From an uncultured Spirochaetota bacterium (GTDB lineage Bacteria > Spirochaetota > Brevinematia > Brevinematales > JAOACQ01): a stretch of 64,000 bases of DNA. Where the stretch lies: NCBI GenBank assembly GCA_963783575.1, contig CAWAOD010000014.1, positions 320,001 to 384,000 on the forward strand, written 5' to 3'. The translations under genes and the position numbers were made by a program. Shown one piece after another: positions 19,559 through 30,649 of this stretch. The notes below the pieces were generated by a model, which saw nothing but the letters and a program-made list of their open reading frames with translations, did no database searches and was not told the origin of the DNA. Within the stretch, counting starts at the first letter, position 1. Each line of letters begins with the position of its first letter.

Positions 19559-21892
19559 TTGATGAAAATTTTGGGGGATTTACTATTTATGTTGTCTGAA
19601 GGATCTGATAATCAAGCTTTATTATCTTTTCAAGAAATACCTTCTTGGAATGAGCTTAAAAATTCATTAAAGAAGATAAATGATTCCGGAACTTTAATCC
19701 TGAATGCCTGCAATGAAATAAAAAAATTACTTAATTTAAAAACGATATTTTTGTTTTTAAGAAAAAGAGACGGGGATCATAAAGATTATCTGGAAATTTC
19801 TTATCAATATATTGACCCTCAAATACTTGGTTTATTTGAGAATTTTTTTGATAATATACGGGATAAAGTCATACAATTGCCGACCGGAAGCATCTTTACC
19901 AATATTTACAATGATAGAAAAGAATTTGCAATTTTCGACCATAGAGAATTACAGATGATTATTCAGGAATCTTTAACTTTTAATCTTAATAATAAAAATC
20001 AAATGCCGGAAATATTAAAAATCCCATCATTTCATGTATATTATGTCATTCCTATTGTTATTCTTGATAAAATGATAGGTCATTTAGGCTTTTTTCATGA
20101 TAAAGAATTTATGGATAGAGACTTACAAGATATTCGCCAGATTTGCGATATAATTGCAGGATTCTTTGCAAAAAATCAGTTTAATAATACATTAAGCATA
20201 AGTAAAGAGAATATTAGTCGATTATTCGATGAAATGAAAAATGGTTTTGCTTTATGCAGGATGATTTCCGATCAAAAAGGCGAAGCTGTTGATTTTAGTT
20301 TTCTTGAAATGAATACTGCTTTTGAAAATATCACCGGCTTAAAAAAAGAAAAAGCGCTCGGTAAAACAGTATTGGAATTGATTCCTCAAACTGACCCTTT
20401 CTGGATAAAAGCATATGGTGAAGTAGCATTTAATAATAAATCCTTAAGATTTGAACAATACTTTGAAATCACCGATAAATATTTTGAAATCGTTTCTTTC
20501 TCGCCCTGGAATGATTTATTTGCAACTATTTATACTGACATAACGGAAAAAAAACAAATAGTACAGCAGTTATCTGATGTGCTTGAATTGAATCAGACAA
20601 TAATAAAGGCTTCTGTTTTTGGTATTATAGCCATAAATGATTCCGGATTCTGCATTCTTGCAAACCAAGCCGCTGCTGAAATATTTGACGAATCTGTAGA
20701 AAAACTACTAATACAGAATTTTAATAAAATGGAATACTGGATAAATTCCGGTTTTAAGAAATCTGCCGAAGAAGTCCTGTCAAATGGAGATGAAAAACAG
20801 ACGGATATACATCTGGTTAAAGATTCAGGAATAGACATATGGCTTGACTGTTTTTTTTCCAGATTTAAGAGTAAAGGTAAACCTCACCTGCTTTTAATAA
20901 TAAATGACATTACGGAAAGAAAGCGGGCTGAGAATATGCTTAAAATGAGCGAAGAGCGTTTGAAATTAGCTTTGTTCGCAGCAAATCAGGGTCTATATGA
21001 TACAAACTTGAAAACCGGTGAAATGATTGTTAGTCCGGAATATGCGAGAATGCTCGGTTTTGATTCGGAAACATTTTTGGAAAACTATGAAACCTGGGTT
21101 GAACGTATGCATGATGACGACAGGGAAAGAGTTGAAACATATTATCAATCCTGTCTGAATGGAGAAATTTTAACATTTCATATTGAGTTTCGGCAAAAAA
21201 CGAAATCAGGACAGTGGCGGTGGATATTATCCCAGGGAAACATAGTCGAGTGGGATAACGAGGGAAGCCCTCTCCGTCTTATGGGAACTCATACGGACAT
21301 TTCTGATCGGAAAAAGATGGAAGAAGAGTTGATACAGGCCAGAATTGCTCTTGAAGAGGCAAACAGGGTTTTGGAGAAGCTTTCTAATACCGATGCGCTT
21401 ACAGGTATAGCAAATCGCCGTTATTTTTCAGAAGTTTTTGAAAAAGAATGGTACCGTGCAAAAAGGAATAGCAAACCGATCTCCTTAATAATGATGGATA
21501 TTGATTTTTTCAAGCTTTATAATGATTATTATGGCCATTTAAAGGGTGATGACTGTCTAAAAAGTGTTGCAATGGCCATCAATCACTCAGTAAGGCGAAC
21601 TACCGATATAACCGCCAGGTACGGTGGTGAGGAATTTGTTACCCTGTTACCTGATACAAACCTGGAAGGTGCAAAAATAGTAGCGGAAAATATACATGAA
21701 AATATTGAAAGACTACAGATTGAACATCTGAAGTCAACTGTAAACCGTTTTGTTTCCGTTAGTCTTGGTATTGCGACCATTTTGCCGATTGACAATCAGG
21801 AATACACCGAACTAATTGAAAAAGCTGACAAGGCTCTTTATAAGGCCAAAGAAATGGGAAGAAACAGGTTTTATGTTTATAAAAAAGATTGA
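19559..21892 (+). CDS. GAF-like/multi-PAS diguanylate cyclase
   Basis: Three PAS/PAC repeats (DITE.K, HDDDRE), DALTGIANRR, RTTD I-site and RYGGEEF active site; exact start uncertain (19559, 19562 or 19589). Confidence 0.9.
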   Translation: MMKILGDLLFMLSEGSDNQALLSFQEIPSWNELKNSLKKINDSGTLILNACNEIKKLLNLKTIFLFLRKRDGDHKDYLEISYQYIDPQILGLFENFFDNIRDKVIQLPTGSIFTNIYNDRKEFAIFDHRELQMIIQESLTFNLNNKNQMPEILKIPSFHVYYVIPIVILDKMIGHLGFFHDKEFMDRDLQDIRQICDIIAGFFAKNQFNNTLSISKENISRLFDEMKNGFALCRMISDQKGEAVDFSFLEMNTAFENITGLKKEKALGKTVLELIPQTDPFWIKAYGEVAFNNKSLRFEQYFEITDKYFEIVSFSPWNDLFATIYTDITEKKQIVQQLSDVLELNQTIIKASVFGIIAINDSGFCILANQAAAEIFDESVEKLLIQNFNKMEYWINSGFKKSAEEVLSNGDEKQTDIHLVKDSGIDIWLDCFFSRFKSKGKPHLLLIINDITERKRAENMLKMSEERLKLALFAANQGLYDTNLKTGEMIVSPEYARMLGFDSETFLENYETWVERMHDDDRERVETYYQSCLNGEILTFHIEFRQKTKSGQWRWILSQGNIVEWDNEGSPLRLMGTHTDISDRKKMEEELIQARIALEEANRVLEKLSNTDALTGIANRRYFSEVFEKEWYRAKRNSKPISLIMMDIDFFKLYNDYYGHLKGDDCLKSVAMAINHSVRRTTDITARYGGEEFVTLLPDTNLEGAKIVAENIHENIERLQIEHLKSTVNRFVSVSLGIATILPIDNQEYTELIEKADKALYKAKEMGRNRFYVYKKD

Positions 21893-21913
21893 TATTATTT
21901 TTCGGAGGATAAA

Positions 21914-22942
21914 ATGTTCCTGGGTTTCACTGGACCTAATGCGGCAGGAAAAGGCGAAGCAATAAAATATCTTATCGAAAATAAAAAGTTTATTTCTTTT
22001 TCATTATCGGATATTATAAGGGAAGAAGCAAGGAACAGAGGATTTGAACCAATAAGGAATAATCTGATACTTATAGGAAATGAGTTAAGAGAAGAAAAAG
22101 GCCCGTCAATCCTTGCCGTACGAACAATTGAAAAGATAAAAAATATGCCTCAGGCAATTGTTGACAGCATAAGAAATACTTATGAGATTGAGGAGCTCAG
22201 GAATAATTTAAAAGACTTCATTTTAATCGGTATAACAGCCGATGCCCCTACCCGTTTTGAAAGGTCAAAAATACGAGGCAGGATCGGGGATGGGACTACG
22301 CTTGAAGAATTTATTAAACAGGAAGAAAGAGAGAACAGTTCCAATGAAAAATCACAACAGTTAAACAGGTGTTTTGAAGAAGCAGATTATAAAATTAATA
22401 ATTCCGGAGCTAAAGACGAACTTTATTTAAAAATAGATAAAATACTTGACGAATTGGGGTATAAGGCTTATACAAGGCCAACCTGGGACGAATATTTCAC
22501 AAAAATGACATATCTTATTGCCGAACGTTCCACCTGTCTAAGGCACCATGTCGGCGCAGTAATTGTTAAAAATAATCACATCATAAGCTCAGGCTACAAC
22601 GGATCTCCATCAGGCGTTAAAGACTGTATAGAGCTTGGCTGCATAAGGGACAAACTTGGAATAATTTCCGGAACCCGCCATGAAGTATGCCGGGCGGTTC
22701 ATGCAGAACAGAATGCCATAATACAGGCGGCTTTACATGGAACAAGCCCGGAAGGCGGCACAATATACTGCACACATTCTCCATGTATTATCTGCGCTAA
22801 AATGATAGTAAATGCAAAAATCAAACGATTTGTTACCTGCGGATATTATCCGGATAAAAGTTATGAAGATCTTTTTAAAGAAGCCGGTGTACAATTCTCG
22901 GTCATGGATAAACCGGTTTTAACAATCAGTTTCCTTAATTGA
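21914..22942 (+). CDS. P-loop NMP/dephospho-CoA-kinase-like domain fused to dCMP deaminase
   Basis: N-terminal GPNAAGKG Walker A and DSIR; C-terminal [28 protein letters not shown]. Confidence 0.9.
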   Translation: MFLGFTGPNAAGKGEAIKYLIENKKFISFSLSDIIREEARNRGFEPIRNNLILIGNELREEKGPSILAVRTIEKIKNMPQAIVDSIRNTYEIEELRNNLKDFILIGITADAPTRFERSKIRGRIGDGTTLEEFIKQEERENSSNEKSQQLNRCFEEADYKINNSGAKDELYLKIDKILDELGYKAYTRPTWDEYFTKMTYLIAERSTCLRHHVGAVIVKNNHIISSGYNGSPSGVKDCIELGCIRDKLGIISGTRHEVCRAVHAEQNAIIQAALHGTSPEGGTIYCTHSPCIICAKMIVNAKIKRFVTCGYYPDKSYEDLFKEAGVQFSVMDKPVLTISFLN

Positions 22943-22956
22943 AAAAGAACAAAATA

Positions 22957-25905
22957 TTATAAACTTCTTTCTATATTAATTAGAATATACATCGCCAGAT
23001 ATGAAGTTAGCAATCCGATGTTAATATGTTTTTTATTATAAGTGGAAATAACAGCCTTAGCAACGTTAGATACATTATCAAGATAATTATCAAGGGTCTT
23101 CATACCGGTCATATCTCTTTTAATAGCTGCCTGCCAGCTTAAATTCCTGCCGACATCTTTGCGGGTCATAATTTCCTGAATGATTTTCTCATCATCTGCG
23201 GGTTTGATCGACCATTTCTTCAAATAAAAAGCAAGGTATTCCTTTTCATCATTAAATCCATCCTCTTGAAGCAGCGCTTTTTTAAAATAGGTGACTTTTT
23301 CATTTAACTTTATATCGGAATTAGCCCTGTTCGAGGTTCTGTCAGAACTTTGTTTTTGATGCGCATTAAACTGAACCGGTGATTTTTTTACCTGGAATAA
23401 TACATCCATAAGGTCTTTTCCCGGAGTTTTCTGTTGCTTATCATTGCTGGCCACATCGGCATTATTTGCATAAATTCCTTTATTATCGCGTTTCCCTCCG
23501 GATATACTTATTATATCATGTCTTATATTTGAAGTCCTGCCATAGTTTTTATGCTGATCATCCAGTATTTTCATTAAATACAGCCTGGCACCCATTTTTT
23601 TATTAAAAAAAGGAAACAGCTTAGACAAAAATGTGAAAAACCTTGTAAGAAAGTCATTTTTATTCCTCATCTGCCGGATTATATCAAGCCGTGTTACCCC
23701 GATGATACTGCTTAGTGGAATTTTGTTATCATCCCTGTCAAAAAATGAGGATGTTTTTTCATTATTTATACGAATCAAATATCTGAGAATTTCATTATTA
23801 GTCTCAAAAATGTTATCGATAACAAATAGTTCATTATAAAAATTTTGTATGCATTGAGATAAATAACGGGCAAAATCATCATCCGAATCAAGGGCATATA
23901 TAATATTCTGAGAATCGTCGCTCCAATTATTTTTTTCAAGCACATATGAAAGCCTCTGAATAAACGCAGTTTCCTTGATACCATATTGTTTATCCGTTAT
24001 TGCCTCGATATTTTTTTTGTAAAGTGCAAGTAGGTTTTTATTATGCACATAGCAGTATTCCAGTATTTTTGTCTTTTGATTTATAACCGGCAATTCAATA
24101 ATGAAATTATCAGGTTTATTCTGCAATGAATATTCATTAAGGAATGATGCCATAAATTCAGCAAATTTTCTACCGGAAATTGTTTCATCTTCAGAATCGC
24201 CTTTTTCAAGTTTATGCAGCCACTCTGATCTTATCGATTCACGCCATACTTTCTCTTTTGAATTAATCAGCTTTACCAGATTTTCACAAAACTCCTTTTT
24301 CTCTTCAATTTCTGTCTGTTTCTGTCTTCTCTGCAGTACAATCTGATACATCAGAGATACTGATTGAATTATTGCCCGGTCATTATTGTTATTTAGTTTA
24401 AGTATAGTACCAAGATTTTCATTCAGATCCTTTAATATAAAAAGCCAGTAATTTAAATCAGGATCTTTAACAGACCACAAACTGTTAATATCGATACGGT
24501 CTGTTGACAGAAGTAAATTAAGCGTTGGAGTGTTGTTAGGAAAGTTATTCTTTAAAAGACCGTTAATCCTGGATAAAATCATTCCATCAGTTGATATCGT
24601 ATTTATATCTGTTTCAATCCTGTTAAAGAATTGATAAATTTTTTGAGCTGCCATAGCCGGCAGCTTATTATAAAATGACTTCGGGATACATAAAAAATCC
24701 TGTACGTTATTCGTATATTCAATTGATATAATGTCCGTTGCTAAATCATTTGTTAGCGATTCCCGGCTTAATTCTTGATATTTTATAGGTTCGGGAAAAA
24801 ATCCGGATATGTTGGTTTTATTTTCACGAAGGTTGAATTGTAAACTTTTGAATGTTGGAAAAGGATAATCCTGATCATTAATAGTCTTTTGCATCTCTGC
24901 CTGTATTAATTCTTCCAATTTATGAATATTGTTTGATTTCATAAGTTCCTGTTGTTTATCAAATTTCTGCAAAAGAATAAATCTGCCTAAATCTTTCTGA
25001 TCACTTTCAATTATTAGTCGTTTTTCCGAAAGCAAAGCCAATAGATTTTCCAGAACAGAGTTTAATATCTTTTCGGTTGTAGGAAAGCTCCTTATATTCT
25101 TAGCACTTTGAGAAAGACTCCATTTTATAATAAACTCAAGAAAGGAATTATAATTTATCGGTTTTCTTGTCTGAACAGATTTATAGCAAAGAAGGTAAAA
25201 AATTGCCCTATCGACATCATTTTGTAAACCGATCATATCATATAAAGAATTTATGTCTGATAATGTATTCTTGGCAAGATTCCGGTCGGTTCTTACATTG
25301 ATATTAGCGTTTAATTCAACTAATTTTATTGCATAATCAGGAATAGTATATTTTTTAATAATTTCACTCCAATTCTCCGTATTATTCCCATCATCATAAT
25401 CAGTCCTATCATTTTCATTAAGATTTTCAATGGGAACCTTTTTTTCACCATAAGTATTTAAGGATTCATTTTTTAAACCATGATGAGCATAAACAAAATT
25501 CTCAATTTCACCGGGAAGGGTTGTTCTGAGAAATACTTCGAAATACCATTGAACAATTTTCCCCAAATCATTAAGGCATTGCTCTGTTGTTGAAATATCG
25601 ACCATTGAACCGTTATTGCCATATTCAGGGATTTTTTTAAAAATATTAAGAATATCCGATGATATTATATCACTATCTTTTATTACATTAATTAATTCAT
25701 TATATGAAAGTGCCTCAATTACATCATAAGGAAGGGCATCAATAATCTTTTTCTCAGCCCTGCAAATATTAAATGCAATCTCTTGAACCGCATGATTTGC
25801 TTCCTTTAAGCAATCGGCTAAATTGATAGCTGATTGTTTTTGAACAAGATTGATTTTTTCAATAATAGCTGCATGAAATTTTACAGGGAATGCATTTTCA
25901 GGCAA
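22957..25905 (-). CDS. Large hypothetical protein; N-terminus resembles a degenerate DUF4145/HEPN domain
   Basis: 982-aa ORF with a GGAGG RBS before TTG; N-terminal helical pattern ending IPEYGNNGS...CLNDLGKIVQWYF. Confidence 0.7.
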   Translation of the reverse strand: MPENAFPVKFHAAIIEKINLVQKQSAINLADCLKEANHAVQEIAFNICRAEKKIIDALPYDVIEALSYNELINVIKDSDIISSDILNIFKKIPEYGNNGSMVDISTTEQCLNDLGKIVQWYFEVFLRTTLPGEIENFVYAHHGLKNESLNTYGEKKVPIENLNENDRTDYDDGNNTENWSEIIKKYTIPDYAIKLVELNANINVRTDRNLAKNTLSDINSLYDMIGLQNDVDRAIFYLLCYKSVQTRKPINYNSFLEFIIKWSLSQSAKNIRSFPTTEKILNSVLENLLALLSEKRLIIESDQKDLGRFILLQKFDKQQELMKSNNIHKLEELIQAEMQKTINDQDYPFPTFKSLQFNLRENKTNISGFFPEPIKYQELSRESLTNDLATDIISIEYTNNVQDFLCIPKSFYNKLPAMAAQKIYQFFNRIETDINTISTDGMILSRINGLLKNNFPNNTPTLNLLLSTDRIDINSLWSVKDPDLNYWLFILKDLNENLGTILKLNNNNDRAIIQSVSLMYQIVLQRRQKQTEIEEKKEFCENLVKLINSKEKVWRESIRSEWLHKLEKGDSEDETISGRKFAEFMASFLNEYSLQNKPDNFIIELPVINQKTKILEYCYVHNKNLLALYKKNIEAITDKQYGIKETAFIQRLSYVLEKNNWSDDSQNIIYALDSDDDFARYLSQCIQNFYNELFVIDNIFETNNEILRYLIRINNEKTSSFFDRDDNKIPLSSIIGVTRLDIIRQMRNKNDFLTRFFTFLSKLFPFFNKKMGARLYLMKILDDQHKNYGRTSNIRHDIISISGGKRDNKGIYANNADVASNDKQQKTPGKDLMDVLFQVKKSPVQFNAHQKQSSDRTSNRANSDIKLNEKVTYFKKALLQEDGFNDEKEYLAFYLKKWSIKPADDEKIIQEIMTRKDVGRNLSWQAAIKRDMTGMKTLDNYLDNVSNVAKAVISTYNKKHINIGLLTSYLAMYILINIERSL

Positions 25906-26186
25906 ACAAAGCCTCCGTTATAATGCATATTTTATTATTATATCACAATTTGAAGTTAAGAGTCAAAATTATTGTTGATTTTATAAAAAACATTAGTTTT
26001 TAATGGTTTATTAATGAATAAATAGTTCCGATTTCATTTTAATATTTTGAATCTAGAAAAGTTTTATATTGATTATATTGATTTTGAAATTTATATTACA
26101 AACTTCAAAGTTTTGATAAATATCATTCTTTGACTTTTATTACAGAGTTTATTTATACTATTTCCAATAGTTTTAAGGACACAATT

Positions 26187-27335
26187 ATGTTTGAAAAAAT
26201 TGACAAGACAATATTTTACATTGTAATCTCACTTCTTCTGATAGGCATTATCTCTGTATACAGCTCAAGTTATTACATATCGATTCGCCTTGCAGGAAGC
26301 CCATACTATTTTACTTTGAAACAGATTATCTGGGCTATTATATCGTTTTTTGTATTTCTCTTCTTTATTCGGTTTGATTATAAAACTCTGAAAAAATATG
26401 TGAAACCTCTTGTATTTGTTACAATAATATTTCTTCTTATGGTTTTTGTTCCGGGGATCGGGCGTGAAAGTGGCGGAGCAAGGCGCTGGATCGATCTTCG
26501 TTTTTCATTATTCAATCCTTCGGAATTAGCAAAAATTACTGTTATTATTTATTTATCATTTATATTAACAAAAAAACAATCGAAACTTGTTGATTTTACA
26601 TTTGGTCTTTTACCTCCGCTTCTTCTTGTTTCAGCCATATTTTTTGTAATTCTAATGCAATCTGGATTTTCAACCGCAGCTTTACTACTTTTCGTGGCAT
26701 TTATCCTTTTTTTTGTAGGAGGTGCTTCGATAAAACATATTATTTCAATAATCATTATCAGCCTGCCTGTACTTATCACCTTCATATCAAAAGTATCATA
26801 CAGGAAAGCAAGAGTACTTTCTTTCATCAATCCCTGGGAAGATGCTTCAGGCCGGGGCTATCATATTATACAGTCTCTTAAAGCATTCAGCGATGGGGGG
26901 TTTTTCGGAACAGGTCTGGGGAACAGTATTCAAAAGATGGGAAAGCTTCCCACACCTCACACCGATTTTATATTTTCCGTAATCGCTGAAGAAACGGGTA
27001 TTATCGGTACATCAATTATTGGTATATTGTTTTTAATATTTTTTATAAAAGGCGTTCTTATTGCAAAAAACTGTGAGGATAAATTCGGGCAAATGCTTGC
27101 TTTTGGTATTGTATCCTTGTTTACACTGCATGCTTTCCTGAATATGGGCATAGCCTCAGGCATTATTCCTCCTACTGGCGTATCACTTCCATTCATAAGC
27201 TACGGAGGATCATCTATGGTTATTATGGCTGTCGGATGCGGTATACTTTTAAATATTTCATCACAGATTCCTGAAAAGGAAAGAAATAAACCCTCAATAA
27301 AGAAAATCGATGATATAATTCAGGATGGATTATAA
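26187..27335 (+). CDS. ftsW: SEDS-family peptidoglycan polymerase FtsW
   Basis: VYSSS, GARRWI, NPSELAK, PHTDFIFSVIAEE, TGVSLPFISYGGSS; ATG at 26187. Confidence 0.9.
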   Translation: MFEKIDKTIFYIVISLLLIGIISVYSSSYYISIRLAGSPYYFTLKQIIWAIISFFVFLFFIRFDYKTLKKYVKPLVFVTIIFLLMVFVPGIGRESGGARRWIDLRFSLFNPSELAKITVIIYLSFILTKKQSKLVDFTFGLLPPLLLVSAIFFVILMQSGFSTAALLLFVAFILFFVGGASIKHIISIIIISLPVLITFISKVSYRKARVLSFINPWEDASGRGYHIIQSLKAFSDGGFFGTGLGNSIQKMGKLPTPHTDFIFSVIAEETGIIGTSIIGILFLIFFIKGVLIAKNCEDKFGQMLAFGIVSLFTLHAFLNMGIASGIIPPTGVSLPFISYGGSSMVIMAVGCGILLNISSQIPEKERNKPSIKKIDDIIQDGL

Positions 27336-27507
27336 TAACTTCAAATTACCCAAATTTACAGCAATAATATTCTTCAAATTTATCTTTGAAGAATTATTTA
27401 ATAAATATCCAATACATTATTATATATCAGGAGTTGGTATAATCTTTATGATTTATGGTTTAATTCATATGGAATAGAATTTAGTTGTCTTTAATATAAG
27501 GATAAAC

Positions 27508-28023
27508 ATGAGAGTAATTATTATTGTTTCACAAAAGAAATTCAATAATGCTGAATTTATTGCAGTTATTAATACCATGAAAAAAAATAAAATATTATTT
27601 GAAATAGCATCAGTTTCAAAATCAGAAGCATTTGGTTATAGCTCTTTTTCCATTAAACCAGATATTTCAATTCAGGAATTAAATGTATCTGATTATGATT
27701 GTCTGATAATTATTGGCGGTTCAGGAAGTAAGGAATATTTATGGAAAAATTATATCCTTCATGAGAAAATTAAAACAGCATTTAAAAGCAATAAAATTAT
27801 TGCGGCAATTTGTTTGGCTCCAATTTGTTTAATATATTCCGATATAATAAAAAATACCTATATTACTGCTTTTAAAACGGCTGAAACGATGAGAATTATT
27901 AAAGAAAGTGATAATATTTATAAAGATATTGATGTGTGTAGCAATGGAAATATTATAACGGCAAATGGTCCAAAAGCAACAAATGAATTCTGTGAAACAA
28001 TAATAAAAAAATTGGTAAAATAG
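27508..28023 (+). CDS. DJ-1/PfpI family protein
   Basis: FNNAEF, IIGGSG, AAICLAP (nucleophile Cys), IITANGP. Confidence 0.88.
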   Translation: MRVIIIVSQKKFNNAEFIAVINTMKKNKILFEIASVSKSEAFGYSSFSIKPDISIQELNVSDYDCLIIIGGSGSKEYLWKNYILHEKIKTAFKSNKIIAAICLAPICLIYSDIIKNTYITAFKTAETMRIIKESDNIYKDIDVCSNGNIITANGPKATNEFCETIIKKLVK

Positions 28024-28264
28024 CTTACAATATTATTAAATTCTTAAAAGCTTTATCAATTTCCGTTCTTCATCTCGAATGTCATTTAATAATAATTTTG
28101 TCTAATTCTAAACATTGTTTCTATCTGGAATATAAAAACCCATTGATAGAAACAATATTTAATGATATATTAAATAGAATAATTATAAAAAATGGGCTTT
28201 TGCATATTAATGAAAAGATGCCGAAGAAGTCCATGGATAGTTTATATATTCTTGGAGAAATATA

Positions 28265-28849
28265 ATGGAATTTTTCACAAATCGAAATATTACTTATGAT
28301 GATTCTTTTGATATATATCTTTTAATTGCAAATTCAATATCATTCTTGCGGATAATATTAACTGTTCCAGCCCTGATATGTGAATATTTCAACTTAAACT
28401 TATTATTATTAATTATTATCATTTTTGTAATCTTAACTGATTATTTTGATGGTAAAATTGCCAGGTTATCCAAAAATAAGAATTTTATCGGACCATATCT
28501 TGATATATCAGCAGATTTTGTTTTTATTCTAAGTATGATGAGCTGTTTATTCATATCTAACCAGGTACCACTCATATTAATTCCTGTAATCATATTATCA
28601 ATATTATCCTATTTATGGAATTGTTTAATTAATAAATCAGTTATTTATACAAAAATCGGGAAATATACCGGCGCCGTATGTTATTTTGCTATAATTAATA
28701 TTGCTTTTTGGAAATTATTGGTTAATCAATATCATTATATTATTATATCTACAATTTTTTATTATTTCTTGATATTATATTTAATATTAAGTATTTTAGA
28801 AAACTTAATAATCATCAATAAAAGTATAAATATCAATAAACAATTATAA
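28265..28849 (+). CDS. CDP-alcohol phosphatidyltransferase family protein
   Basis: ANSISFLR and TDYFDGKIAR...GPYLDISAD signature; hydrophobic. Confidence 0.85.
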   Translation: MEFFTNRNITYDDSFDIYLLIANSISFLRIILTVPALICEYFNLNLLLLIIIIFVILTDYFDGKIARLSKNKNFIGPYLDISADFVFILSMMSCLFISNQVPLILIPVIILSILSYLWNCLINKSVIYTKIGKYTGAVCYFAIINIAFWKLLVNQYHYIIISTIFYYFLILYLILSILENLIIINKSININKQL

Positions 28850-29025
28850 CATGAAAATTTGATGAAATCTTTTTTCATTAAAGTTTAATATTAAGTCAAT
28901 AATAGAAACTAAATATTTCATCAAATTGATATTTTTTGTTATAAGATAAAACTTTTACATTTTTTATAATTATTATATAATATATTGTAAAAAAAGGATT
29001 TTTTAATACTTGGGAGGAGGGTTTT

Positions 29026-29637
29026 ATGAATATAGCAGATATTACAATGGGTAAAGCGGTTTTAGAAAATCTTGCCGATAAGAAAAGACTCCAAAAACAA
29101 TCTGTTAGTATTAATTCTCCTTCAAGACAGGTAAAAAGCGATGTCTTCAATTCTGATAAATCTATGAGCATTGATTTAGCAAAAATAAATGAACTTCAGA
29201 AAGGTTTTATGAAAGATAATATAAGCCTTTCAGGATTGAAAAATCTTCAGGATAAAGTAGAACAATTTGAAAATAATCCAGTCAGTCAGCGTGATTATGA
29301 TAAACTGACTAAAGAACTAAATGTTATAGTAAATAAAACAAAATTCGATGGTGAAAATGTCATCAGTTATCTCAGCACACAGGTCAAGGATGAAAAATCC
29401 CTTTACACACTAAAAGCAAATTTGGTTAATGAAATTGAAGGAATAAGAACCAAGATGGCTGATGAAAGAAAAAGCCTTGCTTCATATCTGGTTAAAAGCG
29501 AGAATCTTGAAACGGTAAAAGACTTTTCATCGGAAAAAACTGCCGATAAAATCGCTTCAGCCCTTGATAAAAATAATATCAGCAACCTTTTCAAAGGAAT
29601 CTCCAATATCAATACCCTGCTTGGCATTGAAAAATAA
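29026..29637 (+). CDS. Hypothetical helical protein with a flagellin-like segment
   Basis: Strong GGAGG RBS; LTKELNVIVNKTKFDGENVI resembles the flagellin 'EI..I...T.FNG..LL' motif. Confidence 0.6.
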   Translation: MNIADITMGKAVLENLADKKRLQKQSVSINSPSRQVKSDVFNSDKSMSIDLAKINELQKGFMKDNISLSGLKNLQDKVEQFENNPVSQRDYDKLTKELNVIVNKTKFDGENVISYLSTQVKDEKSLYTLKANLVNEIEGIRTKMADERKSLASYLVKSENLETVKDFSSEKTADKIASALDKNNISNLFKGISNINTLLGIEK

Positions 29638-29653
29638 TTAAGGATCTCCACCA

Positions 29654-30649
29654 ATGTATAATTGTGATCTTTTATTCAGCGCCCCTGGAAAGACAAAGGT
29701 ATTTATCACTGCTGAAATCGGCATTAATCATAAGGGTAATTTCGATCTAGCCAGAAAACATATTGAAGCGGCAAAAACAAGCGGAGCTGATGCTGTTAAA
29801 TTCCAGGTATATAAAACTGAAAAATTTTACAATAAAAAAATTCTTCCACAAGCATATGATTTGTTTAAAAGTTTTGAATTAAGTTTCGATCAATTCTTTA
29901 GACTCAAAGAGTTTGCCGGTTCGTTAGATATTGTTTTCTATGCGACACCTTTTGATAATGATTCACTGAATTTTCTGGCTGAAATCGAATCGCCTGTCAT
30001 TAAAGTAGCCAGTTCCGATATCACCAATGAACCTTTTCTCCATAGAATATCAAGTCTGGCAAAAAAAAACAAATTTTCCACCTTTATATCAACCGGATTC
30101 GCTTCTTTAAAAGAGATAAAGAAAGCTGTTGAAATACTCAAAGATTTCAATGTGGCACTGGAATATTGCGTTTCAAAATATCCAGCAGAAAATACAGATT
30201 TCGATCTGAAATTTATCGAAACTCTTATAAATTCATTTTATGTTCCCATAGGTTTTTCCGATCATAGTACCGATATTTTTCTTTCCCTGGGGGCAGTAAG
30301 CCTTGGCGCAAAAATGATTGAAAGGCATTTTACGGTTGATAATGAAATAGAAGGCGCCGATCATTCCATTTCTCTAAATCCACAGAAATTCGCTCATTTG
30401 GTAAAAGGAATCCGTACAATTGAAGGATCTATTGGTACCGGACAAAAAAAATTAACCCAATTTGAAAAAGATATAACTTATAACTCAATGAGAAGCATGT
30501 ATTCAGTCAGAAGCATTAATAAAGGTGATATCATCGAAGAAGATGACATCATTTTTTTGCGTCCCGGTTATGGGATTTTGTATAAGGATTATAAAAGAAA
30601 AATCGGTAAAAAGGCTTTAAGGAATATTGAGCAATATGAAAAAATTTAA
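29654..30649 (+). CDS. N-acetylneuraminate synthase (NeuB/PseI/SpsE) family protein with a SAF domain
   Basis: AEIGINHKG, GADAVKFQ, TPFD, KVASSD, GFSDHS, IERHFT, DHSISL, RPGYG. Confidence 0.9.
   Translation: MYNCDLLFSAPGKTKVFITAEIGINHKGNFDLARKHIEAAKTSGADAVKFQVYKTEKFYNKKILPQAYDLFKSFELSFDQFFRLKEFAGSLDIVFYATPFDNDSLNFLAEIESPVIKVASSDITNEPFLHRISSLAKKNKFSTFISTGFASLKEIKKAVEILKDFNVALEYCVSKYPAENTDFDLKFIETLINSFYVPIGFSDHSTDIFLSLGAVSLGAKMIERHFTVDNEIEGADHSISLNPQKFAHLVKGIRTIEGSIGTGQKKLTQFEKDITYNSMRSMYSVRSINKGDIIEEDDIIFLRPGYGILYKDYKRKIGKKALRNIEQYEKI

Noticed and set aside
29052..29081. TAAAG...GCCGATAA sigma28-like boxes
   Set aside because: The spacing is 18 rather than 15 nt and the site lies inside a coding region
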